The notes under the pieces: generated by a model
Told to the model about the DNA's origin: nothing
Databases searched by the model: none
Seen by the model: only the letters and a program-made list of their open reading frames with translations
Translations under genes and position numbers: made by a program
Part shown: positions 29,780 to 32,000 of the stretch, piece by piece
How the letters are laid out: each line of letters begins with the position of its first letter
How positions within the stretch are numbered: the stretch's first letter is position 1
Source: Pseudoalteromonas translucida KMM 520
GTDB lineage: Bacteria; Pseudomonadota; Gammaproteobacteria; Enterobacterales; Alteromonadaceae
Direction: 5' to 3'
NCBI RefSeq assembly: GCF_001465295.1
Contig: NZ_CP011034.1
Location: forward strand, 270,001-302,000
DNA length: 32,000 nt

Positions 29780-31345
29780 TTATCTCATGTTATCGCGAAG
29801 AATAGTATTTTGCTCAAGCAAGGTTTGAATTCGCGTATCTTTCACTTCAGGCGAATCAGTTGTAATAGCTGGCGCAAAACCTTGTTTACTGTTTATGGAG
29901 CTTGGCGCAGGGCAACTACCGGTATTTCGATAGTTAAGCGCTGTTTTAAGCAGTGCTTCATTGGCATTACCTAATGGCTGAGTAAAGTCATCGGCAAGCG
30001 CACAACCATTTAATAATACGGGTTGAAAAGCGTTATCAATAGTGTTTTTTGGCGCAAATCCATCAGCATATTCACCAAAGCCTTTATTATTTATACCGCT
30101 AAACTGAATGGTAAAATAGGTAGTTGCGCAGTTATCGGTAGGATAAAAGCCATAAGGCTTGCCACAGGTGCCAGAGCCTATCTGGATTACTTCAATGTCG
30201 GCGCCGCGCAGACCATTAATAATGGCTTCGCTTGCTGAACAGGTGCTGCTAGTCGTGAGAACAAATACGCGGTTTAGGTTTAATGTTGGCAGTGCGCTGC
30301 CGGGCACAGTTGCAGAGTTATCGGCAAACCCCACAAACTGATTAGTAAACGGCATTGGGCTAAGTGTTTGCCCAGTTACCGGGTTGGTACTTGGGTTTTT
30401 ATCATTAAAAACAGTACGCTCGAACACTTTACCTTGAGTGTTCGCGCGACCCGCCACCATATAAGCTACTTGGCTGGCCATTTGTAAAAAGCCGCCGCCG
30501 TTATAGCGTACGTCAATCACTAAGTCTTTAATGTTACTTGCCGCAAATTGGTTAAATGCAGTGTAGAGCTGATCTTCGGCAATCGCATTATGGCTATTAA
30601 ACTGAAAATAACCCACATCGCCACCGGCTAAGTCGGTACGCACATTGACTACCGGTTGCGAAGTAATATTTTGTGAGGTGAGTGTTACGGTACGGTTTTG
30701 GTTAGTATTTATATCTTTAAATACAAACTCGGTCGTTTTACCTGTTTGCTCAGGAAATAAACTTGCATTAATAAGAGCAACTTCACTGCTAGAAGTCGTA
30801 TTTACAAAATCAATGCCATCTACTGCAACAAGTTCAAAGCCACGAGCAAGGTTTTGATTGCTCGCTGGAGTATTTGGCTCGGTATAGCTAATAACGGCTT
30901 GGCGTGGCGCGCTGCGAGCAAGTATTTTTATATTAAAGCCATAGCCATAGGTTACCCCCGATTGACTTTGGCGCTGCCACTCATCGGTAGGTAAGTTAAA
31001 GTGGAAGTTATCTTTTTTAGCGCCCGAATCGGTCAGTTCATTGGTTTTTAAGGTGTTAAAATAAGTGACTACACCGCTTGTAAGCGCTGGATCGGTATCT
31101 ATTATCTCATCGTACCAAAGGTAGGTTTCGTTACTCCACGAACGCAGCCAGTTTTTTTCATTACTCGCTTGGCATTGTCCCTTAAATTGGCTGGCACTGG
31201 CAAATACCCCTGCGCTCCAGCTATTGGCATTGCCATTAGGAGTAAGACCCTCGCTATCGCTGCCGCCGCCACACCCAGATAAAACGCTAAGCAGTGCTAA
31301 GGAGGCGAGTGTTGTTGTTTTTTTGTCACGAATTTTAGAGTGCAT
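29780..31345 (-). CDS. S41-family serine peptidase (C-terminal-processing-protease-like) lipoprotein
   Basis: 521 aa. The lipobox is VLSG|C. A PDZ-like segment reads ARGFELVAVDGIDF. S41 motifs are DVRYNGGG, the nucleophile region TSSSTCSASEAIINGLRG and the Lys region GSGTCGKPYGF. Confidence 0.8.
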   Translation of the reverse strand: MHSKIRDKKTTTLASLALLSVLSGCGGGSDSEGLTPNGNANSWSAGVFASASQFKGQCQASNEKNWLRSWSNETYLWYDEIIDTDPALTSGVVTYFNTLKTNELTDSGAKKDNFHFNLPTDEWQRQSQSGVTYGYGFNIKILARSAPRQAVISYTEPNTPASNQNLARGFELVAVDGIDFVNTTSSSEVALINASLFPEQTGKTTEFVFKDINTNQNRTVTLTSQNITSQPVVNVRTDLAGGDVGYFQFNSHNAIAEDQLYTAFNQFAASNIKDLVIDVRYNGGGFLQMASQVAYMVAGRANTQGKVFERTVFNDKNPSTNPVTGQTLSPMPFTNQFVGFADNSATVPGSALPTLNLNRVFVLTTSSTCSASEAIINGLRGADIEVIQIGSGTCGKPYGFYPTDNCATTYFTIQFSGINNKGFGEYADGFAPKNTIDNAFQPVLLNGCALADDFTQPLGNANEALLKTALNYRNTGSCPAPSSINSKQGFAPAITTDSPEVKDTRIQTLLEQNTILRDNMR

Positions 31346-31394
31346 ATAAGAAGCTCTATTTTTAAACGATTAATTTAAATATAGCGGCTTTTAT

Positions 31395-32000
31395 TTAGAG
31401 TTGATAGAAGTGTTTAGCGTTTTTGTAGCTTAATTGCTGCCAAAGCGCTTGGTTACTACATAAGTTAAAGTGTGCTTGCCATAAGTCGTTATATTGGGTA
31501 TTAATTTGGCAAACGGGGAAGTTACTCGCAAACATTATTCTTTGCTCGCCAAAGTGTTGCAAAATAATGTTAAAGCACTGTGCTTGCTGTTCGCTATTGA
31601 GCTTAAGTAACTCAAATCCCGAAAACTTAATTACAATGTTATGGTACTTGGCGAGTAATTTAATGCCTTGCTGCCACGCTGGCAAATTGTAGGGTAAACC
31701 TGCGTGATTAAGTACAATTAGTAACTGTGGAAACTGTTTAGCGTATTGAGCAATTTGTTTAACTATAATATGGTTTTCAAGCTTAAATTGGGCTTCAAAA
31801 TGTAATTTTAACTGCTGTAACGTTTCAAAGTTATTGTAGCAATTACTGCTGAGCAAACGTTTGGCGTCATCACCTTGGGTAATGTCTCTAATACCCGCTA
31901 AGCTTGGGTGAGTAAGGTTGCTGAGCGCATGGCTAAATAGCTGATTGCTTTGATCAATCTGGGCAAAACTAACGGCTTTGTAAGTAATGCCAGCCAAGTG
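31395..32000 (-). CDS. Amidohydrolase_2 (COG3618-like TIM-barrel hydrolase/lactonase) family protein; N-terminus lies beyond the window
   Basis: At least 200 aa are present. LLIVLNHAGLP, NIVIKFSGF and RIMFASNFPV align by eye with the family motifs dHxGxP, nvyxKlSG and fGSDwP. The frame is still open at the window edge. Confidence 0.55.
   Translation of the reverse strand, partial: HLAGITYKAVSFAQIDQSNQLFSHALSNLTHPSLAGIRDITQGDDAKRLLSSNCYNNFETLQQLKLHFEAQFKLENHIIVKQIAQYAKQFPQLLIVLNHAGLPYNLPAWQQGIKLLAKYHNIVIKFSGFELLKLNSEQQAQCFNIILQHFGEQRIMFASNFPVCQINTQYNDLWQAHFNLCSNQALWQQLSYKNAKHFYQL

Noticed and set aside
29442-29974. + strand ORFs (128 and 69 aa) overlapping the small lipoprotein gene and the S41 3' end
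   Set aside because: The minus-strand frame has a clean lipobox signal peptide and is tightly coupled to the upstream peptidase. The + frames have no such features.

Overview
This window looks like chromosomal core DNA from an AT-rich marine gammaproteobacterium. Gene order and protein sequences resemble Alteromonadales or Pseudoalteromonas; that is recognition by eye, not a database search.

Positions 1-17.3 kb are a tightly packed, highly conserved housekeeping block:
- groES-groEL and fxsA on the minus strand
- cutA-dsbD
- aroQ-accB-accC
- tsaE-amiB-mutL-miaA-hfq-hflX-hflK-hflC
- purA

Positions 17.3-32 kb are looser but still ordinary. They hold:
- a secreted Sel1-repeat protein
- a CPA1 Na+/H+ antiporter with a C-terminal RCK-like domain
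- an 863-bp AT-rich gap, then proB-proA
- a lone tRNA-Ala(UGC)
- a lipoprotein coupled to a ProX/YbaK-like gene
- an MFS transporter
- a DUF2058/YaiL-like protein
- a monohaem cytochrome c
- a class II aldolase plus enolase-superfamily pair
- an S41 peptidase lipoprotein plus a small lipoprotein
- a truncated amidohydrolase_2 gene

I see no CRISPR array, transposase, integrase, toxin-antitoxin pair or recognisable defence island. I do not think the sequence supports a large novel multi-gene system.

The unexplained signals are modest:
- three structured or oversized intergenic regions: 17.30-17.58 kb, 20.16-21.02 kb and 27.22-27.32 kb
- two function-unknown operons: the S41 peptidase pair and the aldolase/enolase pair
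- a few active-site or motif anomalies

All functional calls rest on motif and family recognition in the translated ORFs.
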